From NCBI GenBank assembly GCA_951406725.2, contig OX597816.1, forward strand, positions 67,270,001 to 67,334,000: DNA of 64,000 bases. Reading direction: 5' to 3'. Source of the stretch: Octopus vulgaris. Taxonomy: Eukaryota. The notes beneath the pieces are model-generated. The model was not told the origin of the DNA. It saw only the letters and a list, made by a program, of their open reading frames with translations, and did not search any database. Positions within the stretch are counted from its first letter, which is position 1. Each line of letters opens with the position of its first letter. Made by a program: the position numbers and the translations under genes. Below, in pieces: positions 27,691 to 41,441 of the stretch.

Positions 27691-29355
27691 TATTACCTTC
27701 ATTTCTCTCCAGTCTACACATGTCTTCTGCATTCCGAGCCCATGTCTCACTACCATGGAGTACAGACGTTTGTACACAAGCATCATATAGTCCACTGTTC
27801 ACACTGAGAGTTCTTTTGTTGCCAACAGAGGTAATAGCTCTCTGAACTTCCTCCACCCAATTCTTATTCTAGAAACAATACTTAGAATTTCTTCCAACTC
27901 CTTTCCTACATAGTGAGAAGGGCCTTTTACCTGATGGAAAGAGAAAGTTTTATCTTCTTTCTCACTAACAACCACTTTTGTCTTAGGTAGGTTAACTTTA
28001 AGGCCCTTTGTTTCCTTTCCTGGAATTTCTTCTCCATTTCTGCTAAAGATTTTGCAATAAGAGCTAGGTCATCAGTATCTGGCAGTTCCCACAGGCATCC
28101 AGTCTTGAATTCCTCTGTTATGTCCTGGAGGACTATAATGAATATGTGTAGGGTGAGAACTGAGCCCTAGTGAAACACTGAATTTATCACTGTATTTATG
28201 GTCGACTCTCACCTTACTGACAGCACCACTGTACATGGCTTGGACAGCTCTAACGAACTACTCCTCTACTCCTAAATTCCTTAGAGACCACCATATAACA
28301 GAGCAGGGAACTGTTGAATGCTTTCTCCAGGTTAATGAAGGCTAAGTACAATGGCTTACTTTTGGCCAAGTAGTTTCCCTGCAGCTCTCTCACTAGGAAG
28401 ATGCCATCTGTGGTACTCTTCCCCAGTACAAAACCAAACTACATTTCATCTAGTTAATTCTATTTCTAATCAATTGAGCTATAATCCTCTCAGTAATTTT
28501 CATGCCTTGGTCCAGCAGTCTAATACCTCTGTAGTTGTTTCTGTCTAAGGCATCACCTTTGCCCTTGTAGCAGCCAACTATAATGCTACTACACCAGTTG
28601 TTGGGAATGGTGTCTTCCTGAATAACCTGATTAACTATACAGGTGACTAAGCTGTCTCCTACACCACCAGAAATTTTAATCATCTCAGCAGTGATTCCTG
28701 ATGGTCCAGGGGCTTTTTCTGTCTTTGTGTCTTTAATTGCCTTATCTATTATGCTGCTATCAACTCTGATGGCTGGTCCCTCAATTGGTTCGATGTTTGG
28801 TAAACTCTCCTTCTCCCATTCATTTTTCATGTTTAGTAACCTTTCATAGTGACACTTCCATGCATATTTCTTCTCTGAGCCACTAAGTGCAAGCATACCA
28901 TTATCCATTCACACACATTTCTCACCTATCACATCTCTATTTTCTCTGATACACTACTTTGCAATACTGTTCGCCTCACACCTCTGATCCTCACATTGTA
29001 GGACATTTGCAAATCTCTTACCTAGCCACCCTTTTGGCTACCTGCTATAATTCTCTGCTTCCACTGTTTTTCCAGTCTTTCCAGGCCTGTCTTTTTGCTT
29101 TTATAACACTGTCAACCTCCTTGCTCCACCACCATGTCACCCTTGGTCTAGCCAGGACTCTGCACCTGCCACAGATTTCATCTGTAGCCCTCAGTAGATT
29201 GTCCTGCAGGAACTTCCAGTTATCTCCAACTCTTCCTCTCTTTCATCAAAAGCTCCCATTAGTAAATCTCTAATAAAACGAGGACCAATTGAAAGTTGTA
29301 TGATGTTGAAAGATATTTTTGTCTTATATTATTTGATCTATGTTTCTCTTTTCAG

Positions 29356-29414
29356 AAGTTTATTGAGAAGAATTCACTGTTGAAATCTTTGAAAGACAAA
29401 ATCATATCATCTGA
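29356..29414 (+). CDS. ICE1: ICE1-like exon 2 (59 nt; KFIEKNSLLKSLKDKIISS-D)
   Basis: tttctcttttcAG acceptor; GA|GTAAGT donor. LKDKIISSD resembles human ICE1 LKQKIINTD as recalled. Confidence 0.8.
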
Positions 29415-30423
29415 GTAAGTAAATACTAGTTTCTTTTTCTTGGACACCAGGTTTTAAGGTTTTATAGTAGATGGGAAATGGGATATAGTACATGCACTTC
29501 TAAAAAATTTATGTCAATGCTTTCCAACTTGTGTAATGCAAAATTATATAGGTATGATGCAACATTATCTTTCGTTAGAACAGAACAGCTGACTGGCTTC
29601 TGTGCCGGTGGTACATAAAAAGCACCATTTGAGCATGATCGTTACCAACGTTGCCTTACTGGCACTTGTGCTGGTGGCACGTGAAAAAACATTCGAGCGA
29701 GGTTGTGGTCAATACCACTGGACTAGCTCCTGTGCCGGTGGCACGTAAAAAAACACCATTTGAGTGTGGCTGTTACCAGTACCGCCTGATTGGCTCTCGT
29801 GCTGGTGGCACGTAAAAGCACCCACTACACTCTTGGAGTGGTTGGCATTAGGAAGGGCATCCAGCTGTAGAAACTCTGCCAGATCAGATTGGAGTCTGGT
29901 GCAGCCATCTGGTTCGCCAGATATCAGTCAAATCGTCCAACCCATGCTTGCATGGAAAGCGGATGTTAAACGATGAGGAGGAGGAGGATGATGATTGTCA
30001 ACAGTGAGAAATTTTCTCCATGAGAAAACACAGCGAATCCCTTTCTTACAGATTTGAATATGTCTCAAGCATATTTGAACTGTTAGCAAGTTTGTATTTA
30101 TTTACATCACTGCCTAATGCTGTCAGCCCGTACTAAGTGTCTGCATAGATTTTGACTTGCTGCAGGATTAGGCATATGAAGGCTTTTTTTTGACAGTGTG
30201 GGATGAATATGAAAATGACTTATTCTTTACTTGTTTCAGTCATTTGACTGGCCATGTTGGAGCACTGCCTTTCGTTGAGCAAATAAACCCCAGGACTTAT
30301 TCTTTGTAAGCCTAGTACTTATTCTATCGGTCTCTTTTTGCCGAACTGCTAAGTTATGGGGATGTAAACACACCAGCATCGGTTGTCAAGCAATGTTGAG
30401 GGGAAAAACACAGACACACAAAC

Positions 30424-30455
<32 letters not shown>

Positions 30456-30683
30456 GCATGGCCACAGTCAAATGACTGAAACAAGTAAAAGAGTAAACAA
30501 TAGCTTATATGGGTAAAAATCCACCTTACTAATTTGCTCCAAGAAGTAATATGTAAATATTCAAATTTACCAAATCCTTTCTGTTACATGATAGCTTTAA
30601 TCTAAAAAAAAAATCATTTTTGAATTTTTTGTTTTATATATTTTTTATCCTATTACTTGTAATTTTTTTTTCTCGTTTTGCAG

Positions 30684-30718
30684 TAAAATCATGAAGCTAC
30701 TTCAGACCAAGACAAATG
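30684..30718 (+). CDS. ICE1: ICE1-like exon 3 (35 nt; KIMKLLQTKTN-E), ends at a U12 donor
   Basis: tttttctcgttttgcAG acceptor, phase 2 compatible; followed directly by ATATCCTTT. Confidence 0.85.
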
Positions 30719-32056
30719 ATATCCTTTATCTACTTTTTGAGATAATATCTCATTGTTTGCTTTTTAATTTGCTGTATGAATTATTCATGTCTGTTTGTGG
30801 TTGTGTGCATGCATGTGCATACATGAACATATACAAAGTAGGTGCATTTAGATTTACAAATTGGAGGAAAAAGTACTCAACATGCTAAGCAGAGTGAATG
30901 TGTGTGTGTCTCTTTTACTCTTTTACTTGTTTCAGTCATTGACTGCGGCCATGCTGGGGCACTGCCTTTAGTCAAGCAAATCGACCCCAGGACTTATTCT
31001 TTGTAAGCCTAGTACTTATTCTATCGGTCTCTTTTGCTGAACCGCTAAGTTACAGAGGACATTGGTTATCAAGTGATGTTGGGGGGACAAAAACAGACAC
31101 ACAAACACTCACACATATATATATACATATATACGACGGACTTCTCTCAGTTTCCATCTACCAAATCCACTTACAAGGCTTTGGTCGGCCTGAGGCCATA
31201 GTAGAAGACACTTGCCCAAGGTGCCACGCAGTGGGACTGAGCCCGAAACTATGTGGTTGGTAAGCAAGCTACTTACCACACAGCCACTCCTGCGCATCCC
31301 TAAAGACACACACATACATGATGGGCTTTGGTCAGCCCAAGGCTATACTACAAGACACTTGCCCAATATACCATGCAGTGGGTCTGAATCTGGAATCCTG
31401 CAGTTGGGAAGCAAACTTCATACCAAGCAGCTGAAAAAGTTACCCACCCCATAATTGCTATGGTGCTTGAGCTTTGTGAAATGTTGTGCATGAAACCTGA
31501 GTGCCAGATTGACTTTGAAAGATTTTTGCTTTTGTATTATTTTTCAGTTTCAGGTGTATCTATCTACCTGTCTGCTTTCCACCACACACACACACACATA
31601 CACACACATACGCACATACACACAGAGCAATGTTTAGAAAATGTAGGATTGTGTAAAGGTAATAAATGGAATAAGAATTCTAACATATTATATTTTGTGA
31701 TGTAAATATTTTTCGAAGAGCTGTAACTGATGTGATATACTTTTTTAGAAATATAATTATATGGTATAGTTCTTTTTGGTGTTACACAAACTGTTGTGTT
31801 CTATTCACTAGCGTAGCTAGAGTGTGTGCCACCCAGGGCGGCCCCTCTATTTTCCACTCCCAGATCCCACAAAAACCACATGTTGCCTACAACTGAATGA
31901 AAAGTGCTGCCCAAGGTGGGCCACCCTTATAGTCCCCACCCCAGCTATGCCAGTGATTCTATTCATACCATGTTATTGTGTTCGTCCTGAGCTAATACTT
32001 GGTTTGATTTAAAAAATGTCTTTACCAAAATTAAGATAATCCTTAACAGCTATCAC
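30719..32056 (+). other. U12-type (minor spliceosome) AT-AC intron, 1338 nt
   Basis: 5' site ATATCCTTT at 30719-30727; branch point TCCTTAAC at 32040-32047; terminal CAC at 32054-32056. Only this junction keeps the frame open. Confidence 0.92.
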
Positions 32057-32117
32057 AGTCAGCATTTCTTAAGAAAAAGTTGCAGAATTTAGCCGAGTGT
32101 TTAAAGCAAAAAGAAAG
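32057..32117 (+). CDS. ICE1: ICE1-like exon 4 (61 nt; SAFLKKKLQNLAECLKQKE-R)
   Basis: Follows the AC acceptor; open coiled-coil-like frame; donor AAG|GTTTGT, phase 2. Confidence 0.85.
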
Positions 32118-32574
32118 GTTTGTATGATATAATATATTTAACTGTGTTATTTGTGCTGTTTCTGTATTTATTTTTGTCTGCTAAATCTCATTTGCATGAA
32201 AGACTTGATATACTGGAGCATGGCAAGCTATATAAGTAGCCAAGTGAATAGGGTCTGGAATAGTTGCAAGTTTATATGCCATCCTTGGTGCTGTGCTCTG
32301 TTGTACCATTGATGAAATATGAACCCTTGGTTCTCTACTTACCTGGCAGTAGTAGAGCAATTGGAAATACAGGGAATGATGTGGTGGTGGTGGTGAAGTG
32401 TCAGAGCAACTGGAGATTGATAAAACATTTGGTGGATGGTCTTCAGTGATTGGTCATTACTGGTTTATTTGTTGGTCTACAGTTGTAGACCAACCTCTTT
32501 TGCACCGTAGACCAGTTTCATGCGAGATAATTTCCCCCCAGTACAGTGTATCATAAAAAATAAATAAATAAATA

Positions 32575-32823
32575 AATGCGCCCTTTTAAAGCCTAGCTAG
32601 GCTCATGGGCCCGGATTCTCAGTTCCCATGGCGTATGTGTTCCCAAGCTGGACGGGACGCCAGTCCATCGCAGTGTTACTCATTTTTGCCAGCTGAATGG
32701 ACTGGAGCAACGTGAAATGAAGTGTTTTGCTCAAGAACACAATGCGTCGCCCAGTCCGGGAATCAAAACCACAATTTTACGATTATGATGCTGACACCCT
32801 GTCCACTAAGCCACGCGCCTCCA
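32575..32823 (-). mobile_element. tRNA-derived SINE with a CORE-like middle
   Basis: A/B-box head; ttgagcaaaacacttcatttcacgttgctccagtcca middle; gatggactggcgtcccgtccag tail; (TAAA)n end. Degenerate relatives near 33330-34140 and 48460-48770. Confidence 0.7.
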
Positions 32824-33401
32824 CACAGTGTATCATACACATGAAAAAACACAATAAAGTGCATGATATATTACACAATACATATATAATGCAAAAACAC
32901 CTTGCAGTGTATGCTAGTTAATAAAATAGAAATAAACTTTAAAAATTTATTCTTATTGTGTGACCCACTGGTTGAGGATCCCTAGTCTACGGGATTGGAG
33001 ATTTATCACCAATCTGATAATTGGTTAACAGTACTAGAAATCAGACTATGGTTGGTTGTTATTAGTTTGATGGTCACAACTAGTTAATGGTTGGTCTACA
33101 AAACTGAGATCGGCTACAGTTTAATGATATGTATAGCAGTAAGATTATTAATTTAATTGTTTGTATACTGTATTGAGATTGGTCGCTATTTTAATGGTCG
33201 GCCTACTGTTGTGACATTGCTCACTAGTTCATGTGGTTCATCTATAGTGGTAAGAGGAAGTCTGTCATGAACCCAAGGACTCATAAGGCCTGAAAATAAC
33301 CAGGTTCCCATGACATAAGTGACTGAGATTGCAACACTCCCCACTGAAAAGAATGCTGGTCCATTGCAGGGTTAAGTTACCAGTTATTATTACTAAGTTA
33401 T

Positions 33402-33910
33402 TATTATCATCATCATCATCATCATCATTTAGCGTCTGTTTTCCATGCTAGCATGGGTTGGACGGTTCTGCTGGGGTCTGTGAAGCCAGAAGGCTTCATC
33501 AGGCCCAGTCAAATCTGGCAGTGTTTCTACGGCTGGATGCCCTTCCTAACGCCAACCACTCCGTGAGTGTAGTGGGTGCTTTTTACGTGCCACCCGCACT
33601 GGTGCCAGACAGAGCTGGCAAACGGCCACGAACGGATGGTGCTTTTTATGTGCCACCGGCACGAGGGCCAGGCGAGGCTGGCAACGGACACGAAATGGGG
33701 CGGTGCTGGCAACGGTCGCGAAACGGAAAGTTCTCTTACATGCCACCGGCACTGGTAACACATCTGCAATTTCCATTGATCGATTTCCATTGATCGATTT
33801 CGATTCTGATCCTCACTTGCCTCAATGGGTCTTCACAAGCAGAGTTTCGACATGCCACCGGCACTGGTAGCACATCCGCAATTTCCATTGATCGATTTCG
33901 ATTCTGATCC
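33402..33910 (-). mobile_element. Short (GAT)n-tailed retroposon sharing the RTE 3' end. Other copies near 8590-8735, 21093-21360, 29580-29995, 43535-43760, 47100-47860, 48125-48437, 48935-49215, 50043-50495
   Basis: Shared gttggcgttaggaagggcatccagc...ccatgctagcatggaa...(gat)n; 12-bp target duplication TTACTAAGTTAT at 33390 and 33911. Confidence 0.8.
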
Positions 33911-35404
33911 TTACTAAGTTATATTTATTATTACTAAGTTATTATTACCAGTTATTATTACTAAGTTACCAGTTATTATTAAGTTCCCAGTTATTACTGG
34001 TTATTACAGCTGAGTGTACTGGGGCAATAGGAAATGAAGTGTTTTGCTCCAAAACACAATACACTATCCAGACTTGGAATCGAACCCTCAATCTTATGAT
34101 TGTGAGTGTCATACTCTAATCACTAGGCCACATGCCTCCACACAGTAGTGAGCTTGATAACATTTTAATGGTTGTGCACCACATTTGGTTTCTGCAGTAA
34201 GCTACCTAAACAATTGTGAGCACTGTACATATCTAGTCTGTTACAAGTGAGATTTGAACCATGAACACATTGTTTGTAAAGTGCATGACATTACCTATTG
34301 CTCTACTGATCCAAAATAAGGTTGGCTTATTTGCTTTGAAACTGCAAACATTTTATTTTAACTTGTTTTGGAAGGGATTTTACAGCTGGATGCCCTTCCA
34401 GATGCCAACCACGTTACAGTGTAGACTGGGTGCTTTTAATGTGGCACCAGCACTGGCAGGGTAACCAAATAATTCACAAGACAAGGAATTATGAGAGGGG
34501 CAGGGCATTTGTGGAGGGGAACTTGTGACAGAGGATGAAAAGTTAGAGTGTGAAAAAGAGATAGAGAGACAGAAGCAGGTGTCTTGCCACAACAGAGGGG
34601 TCATTTGAGGAGGTGATCCAGTATCAAATGATGAAAGATTAGAGTGTAACAGGGAAATAGAGAGGTAGAAATAGGTGTCTTGTTATAGAGGGGGTACATG
34701 GTTACCCAGAGAGAGAGAGAGAGAGAGAGGGGTACAGAAAGGGGCCATAAACAAGTGTGCTGATATAAAGGAGATAATTAGTTACCTAGTCAGGGGAAAA
34801 CAAGAGAGAGAGAGAGAGATTGACCAAAGGGAAATAGAAAGAGAGTAGGAAACAGCAGAAGAGAGATGGTGTGGTGTTACTCATAAGTAACAGGAATATG
34901 AGCATAGAACCTGGTTAGGAAAATGGGGAGTAGGTGTGGGGAGCAGTGATACAGTGAGTATGGCAGTGTGGGCAAGAAAGGGGATTGGAAAACAATCATA
35001 ATTTATGAAGAGGAAATGTGAGGAAGAGAAAGATGCAATTAGAAAAGGAATGGTAGTTTGATTTCTTAGGGTAGAGTGGGTGAAAAGTGTGTTGTTACAT
35101 GTGGGTGGGACACAACTTTTCTAGCACTCAGTTTTATGGACGGGTCTTCCCTAGGACCTCATATTGCCAAACGTCCTGGTCTACTGTCATTTCCTCCGTG
35201 AGCCCCAACATATAATCTGGTAATATATTTATGCTTACTATTCCATGCTAGCATAGACAGACAAGATTTTTTGAGGCAGTGTTTTGTAGCTGGATACCCT
35301 TCCTCATGTCAGTCTTCTTACTTACCTCTTATGCCACAATATCTTGTCTGTTCTTCAATACTTTTATTTTCTTTCTCTGAAGCTGATTGATTTCTCTTTG
35401 TCAG

Positions 35405-35468
35405 GACTTCTCAAGAACTGCGTTCACAAGTCAACAATCTTCTCAAGGGAGCTGAACTCAATAAGAAG
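35405..35468 (+). CDS. ICE1: ICE1-like exon 5 (64 nt; TSQELRSQVNNLLKGAELNKK)
   Basis: tttctctttgtcAG acceptor; AAG|GTAAAG donor; phase 2 to 0. Confidence 0.8.
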
Positions 35469-35649
35469 GTAAAGCAGACAATTCTGTATCTTTTATTCTT
35501 TTAATGGTTTCAGCCATTTGACTGTGGCCATGGTCGGGGGTACTGTTTTCTTATGCATCTTAAAGTGGATGTTTTGTTGGAACACCAAATAGTGTGTTAC
35601 TTACCCTGAGAGGATCTCTATGGATACATGTTGCATAAAAGCACACATT

Positions 35650-36161
35650 CCATAAATCCTCGACTATAATCCGCACTTTTTCCCCCAAATTTAAAGGTCA
35701 AAATCCCTAGTGTGTACTATATACGAGGTTAAAAATGAAAATTATTTTCTAAGCAATGTCCAAGTCTCTATTTGCTGTCCGGCAATGTTTATTCAGATGC
35801 ATTTTGTGATGTCGGGTGCAAAAATACCTTAAGCTAAGCCTGAAATCAATGAAGTCATAAAAGAATCATCCATAACTTGCAGTAAGCAACATTTATTAAA
35901 CATTATTACTGTTATTTCTTTATTTTCTGCAAACAAAATTCACAAAAAAGCTACACGTTTGCATTATGCTATATATATAATAATAATAAAGGACGTTACC
36001 GTATACATTTTTACAAACCAAGGACGTTATATAGACCTCATTGACTCAAGTTAGAGAAGGGGTGTGTATTATACACAAGGTTTAGGTTTTTCAGAGGTAC
36101 AGCCCCCTAAAAATCCCCTGCGTATTATACTCAAGGGCAGACTGTACTCGAGGGTTTATGG
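35650..36161. mobile_element. Tigger/mariner-type MITE nested in an older inverted-repeat element (about 35560-36550)
   Basis: TIRs ccataaatcctcgactataatccgc / gcagactgtactcgagggtttatgg|TA; the joined flanks are an inverted match to 36435-36480. Confidence 0.65.
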
Positions 36162-38509
36162 TATTTATATCATTGGCAGATGAGAATTCTCTGCTATGGT
36201 TGCCAGTTGGATGTAAAAATTGCCCTTTGGTATTGATACTGCTTCTGTTCTTAATAATTATTTTTGGATGAGCCTGCTGGCTATTTGCAACATCAGTGTC
36301 AGAAATGGCACTAAAATTCTATATATTGTTGGCAGTGAGATTTGTCTGGTATGTGGCTACAAGATGTCTGCCGTTGAAGGAACCGAGTAGGTCAAAATTA
36401 CGTGATTTGGCAATTTTGGTGCCTGTTGCAGACGATTCTCATCTGCCAATGACATAAATATGTGTGCTTTTATGCATTATGTGTCGGTATGAGAGGTTCT
36501 GTCGAAGTAAATACCTCAGCGTTTGCTGTTGTAACAAAGCACTCTCACTGGATATAAAGATTGCCTTTTGATATTAATACCATTTCTGTTGCTAATAATT
36601 ATATATATATATAAAAATTAGAAAAAAAAACACCTTTTATCAATTCAAAATGAACAATTAAATTACACCATCTAGAAAACTATATATAATAGAAATATTA
36701 AAATTAAAATAACAGTAAATTGCAATTTACTTAATCATCGGTATATTATTGTTATTTTGATTTTAATATTTCTATTATATGTAATTTTGTAGATGGTGTA
36801 ATTTAATTGTTCATTTTGAATTGATAAAAGGTGGTTTTTTCTAATTTTTATATATATATATATATATATATTATATTTTGTGAAATTTGATTTAGTATTT
36901 CTAAATTGAATTTTTCCCTGTAAGTTAAGAATAATATTCCCTCAAATAATAATAATAATAATTATTATTATTATATACATATATATGCACACAACACACA
37001 TACAACCATTATCTTCCATGCTGACATGGGCTGGACTAATAATAGATACTGGCTGGGCACATGAAAAATTCACAGAAAATATAAAAAATGTAAGCATTTG
37101 TAAATTGTGTGCTGGTGCCATGAGAAATGTTTCTATATTGTGACAGTTACAGAATATAGAAAGAATTGTAAAACCGATAACTATATAATCCAACCAAAAT
37201 ATCTCAGTTACGCAAACGTGAACAGAATTGCTATTTCACCTTAAAATACATTGTACGTATTCAAAGAACCTTCTTGGTTTAGTGGTACGGAATGTTTTTC
37301 TGATATTCTTTTATTCTTTTACTTGTTTAAGTTATTTGACGGTGGCCATGCTGGAGCACTGCTGTTTAGTTGAAGAAATTGACCTCCGGACTTATTCCCT
37401 GTAAGCCTGGGGCTTATTCTATCAATCTCTTCTGCTGAACAGCGACTATAAAGTCAAAGTCAGTGATAGATTCATTGTACAAGTTTTTCAGTTGGTGTCA
37501 GTGTCAGTTATGTGATACATACGAGTTTGAGTTACCGTCAAGGTATACGTTTCAAAGTCATTGCCTTGCGGAGCTATCACCGATAGCATGATAGATGAGC
37601 CAATATTAGCAAAAACAAACCCCAGGACTTGTTTTTTTTATGTTTGATACTTATTGTTTTGGTCATTTTTGTCAAAATGTTTAGTTGCAGGGGACACCAA
37701 TTGTCAGGCATTGGTGCAGGGGCAAGCACAAATGCAAAGACACACACACACATAATAGGCTTTCAAACAGTCTCTGTCTACCAAATTCGCTCACAAGGCT
37801 TTGGTCAGCCCTGGTAGAAGATACTTACCTAAGAGGCTGTGCCATGGGATTGAACTCAGAACCACATGGTTGCAGGACAAGCTTCTTAACCACACAGTTT
37901 ATCTGCACCTTGCCATGTCTTAAGAAGGGTAAAATGAGAAACAAAAACTAGGAGCTTCTCTATGGTTGCCTGATTTGCTAAAAGTAACAGATAAATCTCA
38001 CTTAATTTGTATCCTACTGTTATTTAAAAGGAAAGATACGTTAGATAATGTCTTTCTAAATATGTTCTTGTCTGAATTAAAGACAGGAGGGATATGATGG
38101 GAATGCTTTTGACCAGAGGTCTATTCAATTAGGGCTAAGCAACTAGAACTGAAGAAATTACTGTATTTTCTGGCTTACAAATCAAATTTTGGTCTACAAA
38201 ATTTGTAGAGAAAAAAGGTACGTCAACTTATACACAAAGATGTTTTGGAAGGACCAAAAAGTTTATGTGAGAGCAGCAAGATTTTGAAAGATATGATGAT
38301 GTTTGAATGTTTACATCGCATACTACATTGACCTGTATCTTGAAAAATACAGTAGTGTTGGCCTGTATCTATGATGTTGTGTTTGTATTAAAAAGGTTAT
38401 TGTTTCTGATTGTCTAATTCTTACTTGCTTTCCTACTATTTAGGTAATATTTGTTTAATTTTAACATTTAACTTCTATTCACCTTTATAAAATGCAATCC
38501 ATTTTTCAG

Positions 38510-38590
38510 CTTAAAGCAGACCATGAGTTGGCTTTGACTAAGAAAGATTCAATTATTGAGGACTTGAAGCTGAAAATCTCTTACATTGAG
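38510..38590 (+). CDS. ICE1: ICE1-like exon 6 (81 nt; LKADHELALTKKDSIIEDLKLKISYIE)
   Basis: atttttcAG acceptor; GAG|GTAAGT donor; phase 0 to 0. Confidence 0.82.
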
Positions 38591-41441
38591 GTAAGTTTCT
38601 AATTGACTGAAAAAACAGTGAATTTATTGATGTTTTTTGTTATTCTTTTATGTTTATTTGTCTGAAACAACATTAGTTTGCTGTTGTTTAGTTGTAATGA
38701 GATATTAAGTCCAGCTGTAGCCTCTGTGTCATATTTTTAGGCAACATACATGACTTTATCTTGAGTTTATTTTGTTGGAAACAAATGTCATTGTTCTTGT
38801 TGGGAAACTGGAAAGAAAAAGCCCATCATGCAAGCAGTGTCTCTTGTTTCCACTCTTCTGTGATAACATCTGGTCATGGAGAAAAGTTACTTTGCTTGGA
38901 AATGGCAAGCTGGCAGAAACGTTAGCACGCCGGGCGAAATGCGTAGCCGTATATCGTCTGTCGTTACGTTCTGAGTTCAAATTCCGCCAAGGTCGACTTT
39001 GCCTTTCATCCTTCCGGGGTCGATAAATTAAGTACCAGTTACGCACTGGGGTCGATGTAAACGACTTAATCCGTTTGTCTGTCCTTGTTTGTCCCCTCTG
39101 TGTTTAGCCCCTTGTGGGTAGTAAAGAAATAGGTGGGGTTAGTAACAGGAAGGACACTGGGCCATAGAAAAGTTGCCTCAACAAATTCTATTTGACCCAT
39201 GCAAGCATGGAAGGCTGTATGTTAAAACAATGATGGTCTCATTAAAAAGGAAGGGCACATGAAATAATTAATGCAGTATTAAATGCCCTGAGTTTGAATA
39301 AAAGACTGGATGGTTATGAATGGAATGGTTATTCAATCAGTGTTGCCCTAAAGTTAAACAATGTTCGGAACCTAAGGAAATTAGTGACGGTCTGTATTGG
39401 CAAAAAAGTATTTGTTAATAAAAGATGTAAGGTGGTGAGCTGGCAGAAACGTTAGCATGCTGGACGAAATGCTTATTGGTCTCTTGTTTCCACTCTTCTG
39501 TGAAAACATCTGGTCATGGAGAAAAGTTACTTTGCTTGGAAATGGCGAGCTGGCAGAAACGTTAGCACGCTGGGTGAAATGCGTAGCCGTATTTCATCTG
39601 TCTCTACGTTCTGAATTCAAATTCCGCCGAGGTTGACTTTGCCTTTCATCCTTTTGGGGTCGATAAACTAAGTACCAGATACGAACTGGGGTCGATGTAA
39701 TCGACTTAATCCCTTTGTCTGTCCTTGTTTGCCCCCTCTATGTTTAGTCCCTTGTAGGCAATAAAAAAGCAAAAAAGATGTATTGGTTGAAATGTTACAG
39801 TTAACCTCTCTCATTGTTGTTCCTATCTCTGCTTACTTCATTGTTTAGTAGTTAACTGTAGGAATGGTAGTGTAATAACAGGCAACAAACTGGCAGTCTT
39901 TTTAGACCATTGGAGAAAATGCCTTGCACTATCTGTTCTGACTCTCTGCTCTGTGAGTTCAAATCCCACTGAGGGTAACTTTGTCTTTCATCCTTTTGCA
40001 GTCAGTAAAAATTGACAGTAATGGGATATCAACTCTGAACTTATAAGAGGGTAACCCATTACCTCAAAGTATTTAAATCATTGCTCTACCAATTCTGTTG
40101 ACCGTAAAAAAGTACAATTGAATATTCTCATCATTATCATCATCATTATTTTATGTCCACTTTTCTATGCCTGCATGGGTCAGATGCAATTTGTTGAGGC
40201 AGATTTTCTATGGCCAGATGCCCTTCCTGTTGCCAAGCTTGTTTTCAATCAAGGTAATAATCATTTAGTCTATCATCAATGGACATAGTTATGATTCTTT
40301 TATTTGCAACATGTCAAGAAGTTCTAAAGTGCTTTCACAGTTGACTGCAAACATACAACACTGATCATATTGATGGATAGGCTGTTGTTTTGTTTAAAGT
40401 CGGTGAACATGTATTGACAGAATTGCCAATTTTACCTGTTTTTTTTTCATTCGGTATAGACTTACCTTGGGTCATAGACTTAATCTATTGCCTAATTGAA
40501 CACCACCATAAGGTGCTTGAGTGTCTTTAACAGTGTTTACTCTGATGCAAACATTTGGGTCAGTTCTCTTGTTTAAGGATAACTTTCCATCTTCTCATGA
40601 CTCTCAGAGACTCTAATAAAAATAAAGGGTCATAATTGTAGCCCTTTCCTCCCTATGTGGTAAAAAAAATGAATGTAAGATAGTAAAGCAGTAAAAGAAT
40701 GTTATCTCATATTTGTTTCAGTCATTGGACTGTGGCCATGCTGTGGCACCACCTTGAAGGGACCAGTCAAACAAATTCATCTTAGTACTTGGTGTTTAGT
40801 TTGGTACATATTTTAACTTTTACTGAGCTGCTAAGTTACAAGGATATAAACAAACCAAGATTGTCAAGTGGTGGTGGGAGACAAAACAAACACAAGGATA
40901 CATACATATAAATATATACCAAATTCACTTACAGGGCATTGGTTGTTCTGGGGCTGTAGTAGAAGACACTTGCCCATGGTACTGGTGGTGGGACTGAACC
41001 TGAAACCATATGGTTGCAAAGCGAGTTTCTTAACCATACAGCCATGCCAGGAAAAATTTTAATGGCTTAGTCCAAAAAGGAATTTCAGCATTCATGACCT
41101 TTTTCAGGGGCTCCAAGACTGATGTGAGAAAGGAAGAGGTCATCTTCGGGTTTGAAATCTGGCTTGAATGCTTGCAACAAAATGTACTTTTATAAAGGTG
41201 ACCATGGCTCAGATCAAATCCACCCCTGATAATAGAAACAACTTTCCAGTAGGCTTCCACACTGTTTCCATTTACCAAATTTCACTCACAAGGCATTGGT
41301 TAATCTGAGGTGATGGTTATAGACACTTGCACATCACTCCACACCAGTATTGAAACTGAAAAGTGAACATTTGCTAAGTAAATTTCTTAACCCCAACGTT
41401 ATGCCTAATTTATAACCTGACTTTTTATTTTTCTACTTCAG

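Larger units (their letters stand above)
24345..29270 (-). mobile_element. Degenerate RTE-clade LINE (RT region plus ~1 kb 3' UTR, (GAT)n tail), split by the Tigger
   Basis: Fragments KAPGPSGITAEMIK, YKGKGDALDRNNYRGIRLL, LHGSETW and ERRLHWFGHV; 3' end CGTTAAACGATG(GAT)n near 24345-24385. Confidence 0.85.
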
